Of a stretch of DNA of 55,402 bases, positions 11,489 through 21,597 are shown in pieces. Source of the stretch: a virus (Duplodnaviria > Caudoviricetes); the IMG/VR virus record IMGVR_UViG_3300029448_000052, positions 1 to 55,402 of that record. The stretch is one strand, 5' to 3'. Every line of letters begins with the position of its first letter. Within the stretch, counting starts at the first letter, position 1. The notes beneath the pieces were generated by a model, which had not been told where the DNA came from, made no database searches, and was given only the letters and a program-made list of their open reading frames with translations. Made by a program: the position numbers and the translations under genes.

Positions 11489-12051
11489 TGGAACCCATAT
11501 CCACAGCTTTAGCTGGTATCGCATTATTTAAAAGTGCCGTTGATGGTATTAAAGGTGCTATCGGCACAGCAAAAGATGTGGGTGAGATAGCTGGTTTTAT
11601 CGACCACCTTTTTGAAGGTGAGAAACAAGTACAGCAAAAACGTAACCAAAAATCAACTCAAACAGTTGGTGATCAATTTGGTATAAAATCAGTAGCACAA
11701 GAAATCATAGATGCAAAATTAGCTAAAGAACAAATGCAAGAGATAGCAACTATGGTAGATATGCGCTTTGGTCATGGAACATGGCGCAGTATTGTAGATG
11801 AAAGGGCTAAACGTATACGTGAAGCTAAAGAAGCTGAAGCATTAGCTCGTAGAGAAGCAGCTAGAAAACACAAAGAGTTACAAGAAAACATAAAACAAGC
11901 GATGATGATAATATCAGTTATCCTTGTAATGGTGGGATTTTTTGTAATCATGATAATTTGGGTTGCAAAAGCATCCTTAAATGATCCACTCTTTATACCC
12001 CTCAGCCAACACTCTGCTACTAATATCAATTTTACTTCGCAAAGCCTTTAA
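11488..12051 (+). CDS. hypothetical membrane protein (coiled coil plus C-terminal TM helix)
   Basis: Coupled start; hydrophobic MMIISVILVMVGFFVIMIIWV; overlaps the convergent helicase gene by 75 nt. Confidence 0.6.
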   Translation: MEPISTALAGIALFKSAVDGIKGAIGTAKDVGEIAGFIDHLFEGEKQVQQKRNQKSTQTVGDQFGIKSVAQEIIDAKLAKEQMQEIATMVDMRFGHGTWRSIVDERAKRIREAKEAEALARREAARKHKELQENIKQAMMIISVILVMVGFFVIMIIWVAKASLNDPLFIPLSQHSATNINFTSQSL

Positions 12052-13422
12052 TACTTTTTCATCTACTGTTTTTTCTGTAACAATATCTACATAGGTTACT
12101 TTATTAGTTTGTCCTATACGGTGTGCTCTATCTTCACTTTGCAACCTAACTTCAAGATCGTATCCATTACTGTAATATATGACTGTTTTAGCCTCAGTAA
12201 GAGTTAGACCATACCCACCTGTTCTTGGTTGTCCCACAAAAAATCGTAGAGGGTTAGCAGGGTCTTGGAAGCGTTCTACAATAATCTGGCGTTCCTCTGC
12301 TGGGGTAGCACCGTAGAATAATTCTACGCTATCCTCACCATATTCTTTGGCAAGAGCTTTTTGTATTATCTGTAGATCATGTGTAAAGTTACCCCATATA
12401 ATAACTTTACCATCTGTTTCTTCAAGAACAGACATTAGTTCAGGTAACTTATTACTTGGAACTTCAACCATTCTGCCATCTTCAAATTTAGCAAACCCAG
12501 AGCATACTTGTTGTAATCTAAGTATTTGAGTTAGCACAGTAGGCGCAGATATAAGCCCACCATCATCCCCTTCTACAATAGCAAGAGCCATAGTTTTCAT
12601 TTGCTCGTACAGTTTCTTTTGCTCGGTAGTGAGCTCTACTGTTCTGCGAGTGTAGACTTTATCTGGTAGATCTAAACAATCTTCTTTACGTACTCTGTAA
12701 CTGAAGGTTTCTATCATACCATTTAATTCATCTAAATTTTGGTACCCAACAATTTGGTTGAAGCTGTGCGCTCCCATTGTACGACGCATCATTTTAGCGT
12801 ACCTGTTTTGGAATGTCCAAAAGCTGCCTTGCCCAAGGATATAATGCTCTAAAAACTCACACTGAGTGTATAAATCAAGAGGCGATTTAGTTACTGGCGA
12901 ACCTGTAAGTATCCTACGATACGGCGCATTTTTACCTATTCTTATCAAGTTTTTAGTGCGTTGGGCTGTCCTACTTTTTATAGTAGTGCTTTCATCTACT
13001 GCAAGCATAGCCCTATGCGTAAGTAGAAATTTATCTGCTGCTTCTAAACCACGTTTAGTGCTAAGAGCTTCTACATTCATAAGGAATATTTGTAAGTCTT
13101 CAGTAACTTGCCTGAGTGTATCTAACTCTTTTCTTTTCTTTTGAGTTTGCTCAGGTGACCATGTAACAATGTTCATGTTTATATGGTCAGGCATATGGGT
13201 TGGTAATTCTTTACGTTCCCAGTTTCTATATACACCTTTAGGTGCAATAATTAGAGCACTATCAAGTTCACCTTTATCGTACAACATAGCTATTGTATCG
13301 ATAAGAACTTTAGATTTGCCTGTACCCATATCCATAAACAGAGCGTAATACGGTTTATTCCATGATTTTATTAAAGCCTCGAGCTGATGCTCATAGGGCT
13401 TATGCTTAAACTTGTACCTCAT
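11977..13422 (-). CDS. SNF2-family (SF2) helicase
   Basis: DMGTGKS (motif I), VDES (II), ILTGSP (III), GGYGLTL (V), QSEDRAHRIGQ (VI). Confidence 0.92.
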   Translation of the reverse strand: MRYKFKHKPYEHQLEALIKSWNKPYYALFMDMGTGKSKVLIDTIAMLYDKGELDSALIIAPKGVYRNWERKELPTHMPDHINMNIVTWSPEQTQKKRKELDTLRQVTEDLQIFLMNVEALSTKRGLEAADKFLLTHRAMLAVDESTTIKSRTAQRTKNLIRIGKNAPYRRILTGSPVTKSPLDLYTQCEFLEHYILGQGSFWTFQNRYAKMMRRTMGAHSFNQIVGYQNLDELNGMIETFSYRVRKEDCLDLPDKVYTRRTVELTTEQKKLYEQMKTMALAIVEGDDGGLISAPTVLTQILRLQQVCSGFAKFEDGRMVEVPSNKLPELMSVLEETDGKVIIWGNFTHDLQIIQKALAKEYGEDSVELFYGATPAEERQIIVERFQDPANPLRFFVGQPRTGGYGLTLTEAKTVIYYSNGYDLEVRLQSEDRAHRIGQTNKVTYVDIVTEKTVDEKVLKALRSKIDISSRVLAEGYKEWII

Positions 13423-13500
13423 AACTTCCTCTTTCTACTGGAATATTTTTATTCTACTGTTTTTACATATAGGGTGCAAGTTTCATTTTATCCACTTTAC

Positions 13501-13740
13501 TATATAGGATGGAAACGACAACGAGTGAAAATTTGTTTTTTAACATTTTCCGATATCACCAAAAAATATATATAACTTTCTCTGTCCGCGCGATAATTTT
13601 TGAAAACTTTTTTGTTTTGTTTCAATGCGTTTTACCCCCTATTATAAAAAGTGCGGATATAGCGGATATATTTGTTTTTTACCAGAGCAAACTTGACAGG
13701 CATATTTTGCCAATATATGTTAAACCTTAATAATAATGCG
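13501..13740. promoter_or_regulatory. divergent intergenic control region, possible replication origin
   Basis: AT-rich gap between divergent genes; TTGACA at about 13693; shares motifs with 31503-31652. Confidence 0.45.
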
Positions 13741-13766
13741 TAACCATGTGGAGAAAGGCATGAACA

Positions 13767-14096
13767 ATGACAGTATATATAACACAGGAGATGCGGGGTC
13801 GTGATATTACGGATGCCACAAGTTTCGGAGATATCGAAATATTACTTCCCGCAGGAGAGCAAGCCAGCTACTCTACTCAACCTACTATTAGAAAACTGGG
13901 TAGAAAGCTCGGCAAGTTTACCGACGAAGATTACTTACTTCTTGCAGGAGATCCCGCAGCTATTGCTTTAGCTGCCGCTGTAGCTGCTAGAGCTAATGGC
14001 GGTAGGTTTAAGATGTTGAAGTGGGATAGGCAAGAGGGTAAATACTTCCCTCTCATAGCAGACCTTAACTTTCGTCCAGGAGATAACGATGGTTGA
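13767..14096 (+). CDS. hypothetical protein (replication module)
   Basis: ORF with RBS; DYLLLAGDP...LKWDR. Confidence 0.65.
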   Translation: MTVYITQEMRGRDITDATSFGDIEILLPAGEQASYSTQPTIRKLGRKLGKFTDEDYLLLAGDPAAIALAAAVAARANGGRFKMLKWDRQEGKYFPLIADLNFRPGDNDG

Positions 14097-14640
14097 TTTT
14101 GAAAGTGTGGCAGCTAAACTCAGCACAATTGATGAGTCTGGTTTAAGCCAAGTAAGTAAACTGGCTCAGTTACAATTACAACTTGAGCAGCGTGTTTACG
14201 ATTTAGAAGCTGATCTGAAGCAAGCAAAAATAGATTTAAAACAAGTAGCCGAAGACCAACTTCCAGCAGCAATGGCTGAGCATAACGTAACTGAGTTTAA
14301 ACTAGCTGATGGTTCTAGTATTAGCGTGGCTAAATTCTATAGTGCAAGCATCCCAAAAGATAGATCGGATGAGGCGTTTACTTGGTTAGTGCAAAACGAC
14401 CACGGTGATTTAATTAAAAACCAAGTCGCTACTAATTTTGTACGTGGTCAAGAAGAGCAAGCTGAAAAGTTTGCAAGTGAGTTGGCTGGCCGAGGTATGC
14501 CTGTCAACACAAAAAAGTGGGTGGAACCTATGACTCTTAAGGCTTGGGTTAGGGAAAAAACCGAAGATGGAACAAACATACCACATGATTTGTTTGGTGT
14601 GTTTGTTGGTGAAAAATCTAAAATCACAAGGAGTAAGTAA
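14089..14640 (+). CDS. hypothetical protein (coiled-coil N-terminus, replication module)
   Basis: AFTWL...GDLIKN...TLKAWVRE pattern typical of genes preceding phage SSBs. Confidence 0.65.
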   Translation: MVDFESVAAKLSTIDESGLSQVSKLAQLQLQLEQRVYDLEADLKQAKIDLKQVAEDQLPAAMAEHNVTEFKLADGSSISVAKFYSASIPKDRSDEAFTWLVQNDHGDLIKNQVATNFVRGQEEQAEKFASELAGRGMPVNTKKWVEPMTLKAWVREKTEDGTNIPHDLFGVFVGEKSKITRSK

Positions 14641-15461
14641 TGAGTGAAGGAAAACAAGAAATAGTGCGCGGTGCGTTGGCTGCTAAGAGTAGCACTGATC
14701 TAGCTGTGGCGGCACAGTTTGAAGAGTATAGCAGTGCAGGATTCAGTGAGGTTACTGCTGAAGATTTATCTATACCTTTTATCAGGGTATTGGCACAGCT
14801 AAGTCCACAGGTAAATAAGCGTGATGGTGCCTATGTAGAAGGTGCCGAGGCAGGAATGCTTTTTAATACCGTTTTAAACGAAGTTTACGACGGTGTAGAG
14901 GGTATCCAAGTAGTGCCGTGCCATTATAACCGTAGATTCGTCGAGTGGAAGCCACGTGAGCAGGGTGGGGGTTATGTACAATCGTATGAAACTACCGATC
15001 CGATTGTAAATACTACAACTAAAAATGATGTAGGGCAGGATGTATTACCAGATGGTAATTTACTGAGTAATACAGCGCAGTTTTTTGTTCTATTGATGCA
15101 TCCTGAGTTAGGAGCGCAACGTGCTTTAATAACTATGTCTTCCACACAGTTGAAGAAGGCTAGAAAGTGGATGACACAAGCACAATCTATGACTGGTCAG
15201 GGTAAAAACGGTGTGTACACTCTGCCACTAATGTCACAGGTTTATAAGGTAGGTACAGTTCAAGAGCAGAATGATAAAGGTACATGGTTCGGGTTTGATA
15301 TTACTCGGGTGCGTGGCCTTGACCTTGCAAGCGAGGACGATAAACAACTGTTCGCTACTGCTCTACAGTTTGCAGAATCTATTAAAGCTGGTGATGTGCA
15401 AGTAAAAGAAGACAAATCCGCTAACACAGAAAAAGACGGTGACGACGACATACCGTTTTAG
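14640..15461 (+). CDS. putative single-stranded DNA-binding protein
   Basis: Acidic C-terminal tip DGDDDIPF, the SSB-Ct motif; lies upstream of primase and helicase. Confidence 0.7.
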   Translation: MSEGKQEIVRGALAAKSSTDLAVAAQFEEYSSAGFSEVTAEDLSIPFIRVLAQLSPQVNKRDGAYVEGAEAGMLFNTVLNEVYDGVEGIQVVPCHYNRRFVEWKPREQGGGYVQSYETTDPIVNTTTKNDVGQDVLPDGNLLSNTAQFFVLLMHPELGAQRALITMSSTQLKKARKWMTQAQSMTGQGKNGVYTLPLMSQVYKVGTVQEQNDKGTWFGFDITRVRGLDLASEDDKQLFATALQFAESIKAGDVQVKEDKSANTEKDGDDDIPF

Positions 15462-15572
15462 TTCAACGAGGGGGGTTGATCGCCCTTTCGTTGCGAGAGA
15501 GTAGTTGGCAAAGTTCCAGAAGAAGAGGGTTCACCCCTTCTACTCTCTCACCCTATTTAGCAGGAGGATACG

Positions 15573-17096
15573 ATGTCACTTGCACAAAGATTTTATGATT
15601 TATTTAAAGGCAGCGATATTGCTCACGGCACATATGTCGTAAAGAGCAGTCGTAGCACTGATGGCAAAAAGCAGGGTCAGGCTACAGTTTTGCGTGAGCC
15701 AACTACTGTAGATATGTGGGAAGAACATTTAAAAGGTGGCACAGGATTAGGCATAATACCTATCCGCAGTGATAACCTTTGCCAGTGGGGTGCAATAGAT
15801 ATAGACCAATATGATGTTAGCCATAAAGATTTAGTAACAGTATTAAAAGATAATAAGATACCAGCCGTTGTTGGTAGGACTAAATCAGGTGGAGCGCATA
15901 TCTGGGTATTTTTAACTGAGCCAATTGAAGCTGAAGATGTACAAAGGCGTATGACAGAATTAAGTGCGGCTCTTGGTTATTCGGGTAGTGAAATATTCCC
16001 CAAACAAACGACCATATTAAAAGACCGTGGTGATACAGGTAACTTCTTAAATATGCCTTATCATGGTGGTGATAATTCCACACGTTATGCTTTTAATAAT
16101 GAAGGTGAGGCATTGGGTGCAGAACAATTTTTAGATTACGCACAATCATTTATTCTTACACCAAATAAATTCTTAAAACTTGTTATGAGTTTTGGAACTA
16201 AAGATGGTGTGCTAGAAGAAGGTCCCCCATGTTTGCAGCACCTATGTAGTAAAGGATTTGGCGAAGGCTCACGTAACAATGCTTTATTTAATCTTGGTGT
16301 GTATGCACGAATGTTTGATGAAGAAAATTGGGAAGTGTTAGTTCAGCGATACAATATGGATTACTTACACCCACCCCTCAGTCATAATGAGGTAGGTGTG
16401 GTTATTCGCCAGCTTAAAAAGAAAGATTACTTTTATAAATGCGACGATCAGCCAATAAAGCCCTTCTGCGATAAAGAAATATGTAAGGGCAGGAAGTATG
16501 GTGTTGGTCCAACAGGTATAGGCAATGATATGTCTAGCCTTACAAAAATTGATGGTGACCCACCTATATGGATATTAGATGTAGATGGTGAACGGTTAGA
16601 GCTTTCCACTAATGGGTTAACTAGCCAAGCACAGTTTCAAAAAGAATGTGTTTCACAAATAAATAAATTCCCTGTAGTTGTAAACCAGAGGGCATGGCAG
16701 ACAAGAATACAACTGTTATTGGATAATTTAACTATTATAGAAGTGCCGCCCGATGCCACAATAAAGGGTGAGTTTGAAGATTTACTTCATGCCTTTTGCT
16801 GTGAGAGAGCTAAAGGTGAAGACCGTGAAGATATATTACAAGGTGTTGCTGTTTGGGTAGAGGGCAGGGTGTTTTTCCAAGTAAAAGATATTAAAAAGCA
16901 CTTGTCTGTAAATGATTTTACACATTACAGTTCTAATAAGATCACACTGCGATTACAGAATATAGAAGCAGAAAAGATGTTCTGGCGTGTGAGAAATAAA
17001 GGTGTACATGTTTGGTCGTTACCCCAAGAGTTTTTTCAAGGGGAGGATGTTGATATTCCACTGCCAGACTTACCAGTAGCAGATGGGATTATATAG
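15573..17096 (+). CDS. primase (AEP-like prim-pol with PriCT-like domain)
   Basis: AIDID, TKSGGAHIW and EIFPKQ motifs; GEGSRNNALF. Confidence 0.8.
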   Translation: MSLAQRFYDLFKGSDIAHGTYVVKSSRSTDGKKQGQATVLREPTTVDMWEEHLKGGTGLGIIPIRSDNLCQWGAIDIDQYDVSHKDLVTVLKDNKIPAVVGRTKSGGAHIWVFLTEPIEAEDVQRRMTELSAALGYSGSEIFPKQTTILKDRGDTGNFLNMPYHGGDNSTRYAFNNEGEALGAEQFLDYAQSFILTPNKFLKLVMSFGTKDGVLEEGPPCLQHLCSKGFGEGSRNNALFNLGVYARMFDEENWEVLVQRYNMDYLHPPLSHNEVGVVIRQLKKKDYFYKCDDQPIKPFCDKEICKGRKYGVGPTGIGNDMSSLTKIDGDPPIWILDVDGERLELSTNGLTSQAQFQKECVSQINKFPVVVNQRAWQTRIQLLLDNLTIIEVPPDATIKGEFEDLLHAFCCERAKGEDREDILQGVAVWVEGRVFFQVKDIKKHLSVNDFTHYSSNKITLRLQNIEAEKMFWRVRNKGVHVWSLPQEFFQGEDVDIPLPDLPVADGII

Positions 17097-18613
17097 TGCA
17101 TATTGTACTCGGACCTCCAGGAACAGGTAAGACAACTAAGCTCTTGGATTTAGTTGAACAATACATGCAATCGGGAGTACCGCCAGACCGTATTGGTTAT
17201 TTTGCTTTTACTCGTAGGGCAGCAATAGAAGCTATAGATCGCGCTTGTATTAAGTTCAATTTAACAAAAAAAGAGTTACCGTACTTTCGCACCCTACATA
17301 GTTTAGCTTTTTTCATGTCAGGTATGAAACACTCACAAGTTATGACTGGTGAGAAATACCAAGAAGTTGCTGAATGGTTAAAAATAGGTAAGTTTTTTGG
17401 TGGAGGGGTAGTTGACCAAGGACCATACAAAGATTTCGGGTATGGTGATAAATTCCTTGAAATAATTAACGTATCTCGTATTTTGCGTCAACCATTACGC
17501 CAAGTTTATAATGAAAGTATTGTCCCCTTAAAAACAGATTGGGCAAGAGTAGAATATGTTAGCCGAGGATTGCAGCATTGGAAAAAAGCATACGGCTTAC
17601 AAGATTATGCGGGAATGTTAGAAACTTTTGTAGACCAAGAATTATGCCCACGATTAGAAGTAGTTTTTATTGATGAAGCACAAGATTTATCCCCCCTTCA
17701 GTGGGAGATGGTAAGATTACTAGAGCGAAATAGCCAGATGTGCTATGTCGCTGGAGATGACGACCAAGCCATTTTTCGTTATGCTGGAGCAGACGTAGAT
17801 CATTTTGTAGGACTCCAAGGAGAAGTCACCCTCTTGAATAAGTCCTATCGTATTCCCTCCTTGCACCATGCACTTAGTCACAAAGTTATAAAGCGCATCG
17901 TAGGAAGGCGGGACAAAATCTTTGAACCCAAAGAAGGTGATGGTGGTATGTTCTGGCATAGGCACTCCGAAGAAGTGGATTTAAGTTCGGGTGATTGGCT
18001 GTTACTTAGTCGCACTACTCGTGGCGCACAGCAAATAGAGGAAGAAGTACGCCGAAGAGGACACCTCTATATTTACAATGGTTCAACAAGTATAGATAGT
18101 AAAGTGTTAGAGGCAGTACGCTATTGGGAACATTTACGCGAAGGTAATCGTTTAAATGCAGAACAGGTCAAACTTGTTTACAAACACATGCTTTTGAATA
18201 CTCAGGTGGCTTATGGTTATAAGACTATGCCTGATGGTGATGATTCTAGTTTTTATAGCCTTGAAGAATTACAAAGGGATCATGGTTTAATGCACAGTCA
18301 GCCTTGGGATGTGGGGCTAGGTAAAATAAATGAACGTGATCGCACATATATAAAAGCCTGTTTACGTAAAGGTGAAAGCCTAACTGATACGCCACGTTTA
18401 CGAATATCTACTATTCACTCCTCCAAAGGAGCTCAAGCTACGAATGTTATGCTGTTGACTGATACTATGCGTAGACCCTACAGTATGTGGAGGAAAATAA
18501 ATAACCACGTAGAAGATGAAGCTAGGGTATTTTATGTAGGTTTAACAAGAGCTACAGATAACCTACATTTGATTCACCCGATGTTTAGTCAAGGATACGC
18601 TCTTCCCAGCTGA
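17096..18613 (+). CDS. UvrD/Rep-like SF1 helicase
   Basis: GPPGTGKT, IDEAQD, GDDDQAIF, STIHSSKG, YVGLTRA. Confidence 0.92.
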   Translation: MHIVLGPPGTGKTTKLLDLVEQYMQSGVPPDRIGYFAFTRRAAIEAIDRACIKFNLTKKELPYFRTLHSLAFFMSGMKHSQVMTGEKYQEVAEWLKIGKFFGGGVVDQGPYKDFGYGDKFLEIINVSRILRQPLRQVYNESIVPLKTDWARVEYVSRGLQHWKKAYGLQDYAGMLETFVDQELCPRLEVVFIDEAQDLSPLQWEMVRLLERNSQMCYVAGDDDQAIFRYAGADVDHFVGLQGEVTLLNKSYRIPSLHHALSHKVIKRIVGRRDKIFEPKEGDGGMFWHRHSEEVDLSSGDWLLLSRTTRGAQQIEEEVRRRGHLYIYNGSTSIDSKVLEAVRYWEHLREGNRLNAEQVKLVYKHMLLNTQVAYGYKTMPDGDDSSFYSLEELQRDHGLMHSQPWDVGLGKINERDRTYIKACLRKGESLTDTPRLRISTIHSSKGAQATNVMLLTDTMRRPYSMWRKINNHVEDEARVFYVGLTRATDNLHLIHPMFSQGYALPS

Positions 18614-18686
18614 AAACAAAAGAGTTATCATTTGTTATGGCTTAGTGCATTGTTAGGTTGCTGGTAACAAACAGAAAGGAGCTGCC

Positions 18687-18947
18687 ATGCAAGTGAAGTA
18701 TTTTAATAAAGCGTCTCTACTTGATGCAAACAATGAAGCTATAATATCTGAGCGCAACCGTTCTTTGCGTAACGAAAGCATTGTTGATACTGAAGATGAC
18801 ACTTTATTCCCCATCGTTTTTAGTATGCCACATAACGATGTGGAAATGCGGGTTCAACTTATGCTTGACCCAACAACAAGGGTTTGGTTAGATATGCCTT
18901 TTAAGGCATATGAAGCCTTACCTTCAATAGAATATCCAACACAATAA
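18687..18947 (+). CDS. hypothetical protein
   Basis: Promoter-like motif and AGAAAGGAG RBS upstream. Confidence 0.6.
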   Translation: MQVKYFNKASLLDANNEAIISERNRSLRNESIVDTEDDTLFPIVFSMPHNDVEMRVQLMLDPTTRVWLDMPFKAYEALPSIEYPTQ

Positions 18948-18971
18948 TACTCTAGAAAGGAGTAATTTATA

Positions 18972-20000
18972 ATGGCACATTTAGTTGAGACTATGGCGTA
19001 TGCAGGACAAGTCCCTTGGCACGGTTTAGGAACCGCTGTTGATGGTAATATGTCACCCCAAGAAATGCTGGTTGCGGCTGGTATTGATTGGACAGTTAGT
19101 AAGCGTCCTGCTTATACAGTTGACAAACCCAACTGTTGGAATATTATCGACCCAACTGGTGAGGCTGGTTTTATCCGCGCACCAGATAGCCACTTTCTTG
19201 TGCGGGATAGCGATAACAAAGTGCTTTCGCATTGTGGCGAGGGATATGTACCTTTTCAAAATGCTGAAGTTATGGACTTCTTTAAAAAGTTTACCGATGC
19301 AGGGCATATGACTATGGAAACTGCTGGCAGTTTGAAAGAAGGTAAAGATATATGGGGGTTAGCAAAGTTAACTGATAAGTTCAGCCTTAGTGGTGATGAT
19401 GAAGTTAAGGGTTACTTGCTTTTGAATAATAGCCACCAAGTAGGTAAAGCGATGACTATTATGTTCACACCTATTCGTGTTGTGTGTAACAATACTCTTA
19501 CACAGGCTATGAGTATGGAGGGCAACCGCTTCCGTGTATTACATTTGCAGATGTTCGATGAAGAAATACAGAAAGCCGCTGAAGAGGCTTTGGGTATTAG
19601 TGGTCAACAAATGACCAAGTTCAAAGAGCAGTCTGAGTTCTTGGCAAATAAACGTGCAAAAGAGTTTGATGTTGATAACTTTATTGCAGAGTTGTTCCAA
19701 CCCCACTTACTAATTGAGCGAGCCAAGGCTTCTATAAAAGATGACCTACCACCTCTGCGTGATGAGTTCAAACGTACTGCTGAACTTGTTGAAGAAGCAT
19801 TACACACGAGTCCTGGTGCGAGTATGAAGTCTGCCAAGGGTACTTGGTGGGGTGCGCTCAATGCAGTAACTTATGTTGTAGATCACCAAAAGCGTTCACA
19901 GGCTGAGGGTAATGCTTTGCATTCAGCTTGGTTTGGCTCTGGTGCTAATACTAAACGTAAAGCACTGACTAAGGCTTTGGAGTATGCCGAAGCTGCATAA
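18972..20000 (+). CDS. DUF932-family phage/plasmid protein
   Basis: MAH.VETMAY...PWHGLG, TPIRVVCNNTL, GTWWGALNAVT. Confidence 0.85.
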   Translation: MAHLVETMAYAGQVPWHGLGTAVDGNMSPQEMLVAAGIDWTVSKRPAYTVDKPNCWNIIDPTGEAGFIRAPDSHFLVRDSDNKVLSHCGEGYVPFQNAEVMDFFKKFTDAGHMTMETAGSLKEGKDIWGLAKLTDKFSLSGDDEVKGYLLLNNSHQVGKAMTIMFTPIRVVCNNTLTQAMSMEGNRFRVLHLQMFDEEIQKAAEEALGISGQQMTKFKEQSEFLANKRAKEFDVDNFIAELFQPHLLIERAKASIKDDLPPLRDEFKRTAELVEEALHTSPGASMKSAKGTWWGALNAVTYVVDHQKRSQAEGNALHSAWFGSGANTKRKALTKALEYAEAA

Positions 20001-20080
20001 ATTGACAAAGTAGTTCTTGTCGTAGCATGGTTCGTTAAGTAAAATGAACCATGCTATTTTCCATAGAAAGGGAGATGTAA

Positions 20081-20698
20081 ATGTTCTATGCAATATGTGA
20101 AGGTTTTCCAGGAAGTTCTGGTCCAGCCTACATTGTTTATAAGTTTCCTACGCTAGAATCTATGAAGCCGTGTGAAGCTGTAAATGAATATAGTATTATT
20201 TACAATGGCGATTCGCATAGGCAGCTAATTGATTTCTGCTCTTTAGAAGAGCTAATTGAGATAGCTACCTGTTTGTGTATTGCGTTTACTGGCACGGAAG
20301 AAGTTAAATTTGTTTCTCTCCAACAAGCGGCTGACTATGTCCACTCAGTAGTGGTAAAGAAAGCTAAATTATGGAAACCCGAAAAGGAGTCTGATATGTC
20401 TACTGTTCATGTAGATCAATTTAATAATAAAGCACAGAAGCATGAAGCAGAGGTAAAAGAAACTAAAAAACCTCGCACTCGTTTTAGGAATGATGCTCGT
20501 ATCATTCTGTTAAAAGATACACCTACTGTGCGTGAAGGCACTAATCGTTTTCGTAATATGAAAGTTATTATGGAAAGTGCTACAGTTGGTGAAGCAATAG
20601 CTAAACTTCGCGCACTTACTCCTGCTCCAGGATCTGGGGTGGATATTAAGATAGCATGCGACGCAGGTGTTATAAAACTAGACTGGCAAGAGGAATAG
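20081..20698 (+). CDS. hypothetical protein, with a possible in-frame internal start at 20396
   Basis: RBS hairpin upstream; internal AAGGAG-N6-ATG at 20396. Confidence 0.6.
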   Translation: MFYAICEGFPGSSGPAYIVYKFPTLESMKPCEAVNEYSIIYNGDSHRQLIDFCSLEELIEIATCLCIAFTGTEEVKFVSLQQAADYVHSVVVKKAKLWKPEKESDMSTVHVDQFNNKAQKHEAEVKETKKPRTRFRNDARIILLKDTPTVREGTNRFRNMKVIMESATVGEAIAKLRALTPAPGSGVDIKIACDAGVIKLDWQEE

Positions 20699-20700
20699 CT

Positions 20701-21597
20701 ATGTTACCCGAAGCTGTAGAAAGTTACTTCGGCTGGATAAATGAGCGGCACTCAATATATCAACGCAGATTATTGGGTGCGCCACCACCTTGGACTAATG
20801 ATTCTATCCTGCAAGAATATAAGTTTACAAACCCTTTCCGTGAAAACGATAGGGTAACTGTATGGATGCGTGATAAATGGACAAAGCCAAATGATAACCG
20901 CCCACATGGTGAGATGATATTTAACTGTTGTATGTTTCGTATGGTTGGCACAAGTGAGTTTGCTGAAGAACATGGGTGGGTGGAAGATTTTAACCCACAA
21001 AAAACCAAACACCTTATTGAGTCAAGACTTTCTCTTGGTAAAAGAACATTTACTGGTGCATATATAATCACTAACCAAGGACTCAAAGCACCAAAATCTG
21101 AGGTAGTAGTTGACCACTTCCTTACGCCAATCTGGGAAAATAAAGAAACGCTGGCGAAGATTGCCCAAAAAACGCAGTCGCTCCAAGCGTTACATGAAGC
21201 GATGGGTGCGTATAAAGGGTGGGGAGGAGGAGGTTTTATGTCATACGAGGTGGTTACCGACCTCAACTACACACCTGTACTGGACAAGGCAAAAGACCGT
21301 TTTACTTGGGCTAACGCAGGTCCGGGAGCTATACGAGGAATTAACCGTATCCTCGGAAGAGATTTAAAAAAGGGTATGACCCAGCCTACAGCTAATGAGA
21401 ATATGGTTAGATTATTAAAACATGCACCCTATCATGTTTTAGGACATATCCCACTTAAACAAATAGATATGCGTACTATTGAGCATAGCTTATGTGAGTG
21501 GGATAAATATGAGCGTGTAAGGTTAGGGCAAGGTAGACCAAGAAGTGTTTATCGCCCTACTTTATTAACAGATACACCAAAAGGAGCTGTAGAATGA
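20701..21597 (+). CDS. aGPT-Pplase1 family (amino-acid:DNA transferase-like) thymidine hypermodification enzyme
   Basis: WINERHSIY...PPPWTNDSILQEYKFTNPFRENDRVT, FMSYEVVTDL, GPGAIRG, IEHSLCEWDKY; adjacent to a TS homolog. Confidence 0.85.
   Translation: MLPEAVESYFGWINERHSIYQRRLLGAPPPWTNDSILQEYKFTNPFRENDRVTVWMRDKWTKPNDNRPHGEMIFNCCMFRMVGTSEFAEEHGWVEDFNPQKTKHLIESRLSLGKRTFTGAYIITNQGLKAPKSEVVVDHFLTPIWENKETLAKIAQKTQSLQALHEAMGAYKGWGGGGFMSYEVVTDLNYTPVLDKAKDRFTWANAGPGAIRGINRILGRDLKKGMTQPTANENMVRLLKHAPYHVLGHIPLKQIDMRTIEHSLCEWDKYERVRLGQGRPRSVYRPTLLTDTPKGAVE

Noticed and set aside
13509-13730. 73-aa ORF in the divergent intergenic region
   Set aside because: Phe/Ile-rich translation of AT-rich regulatory DNA that carries motifs shared with 31.5 kb
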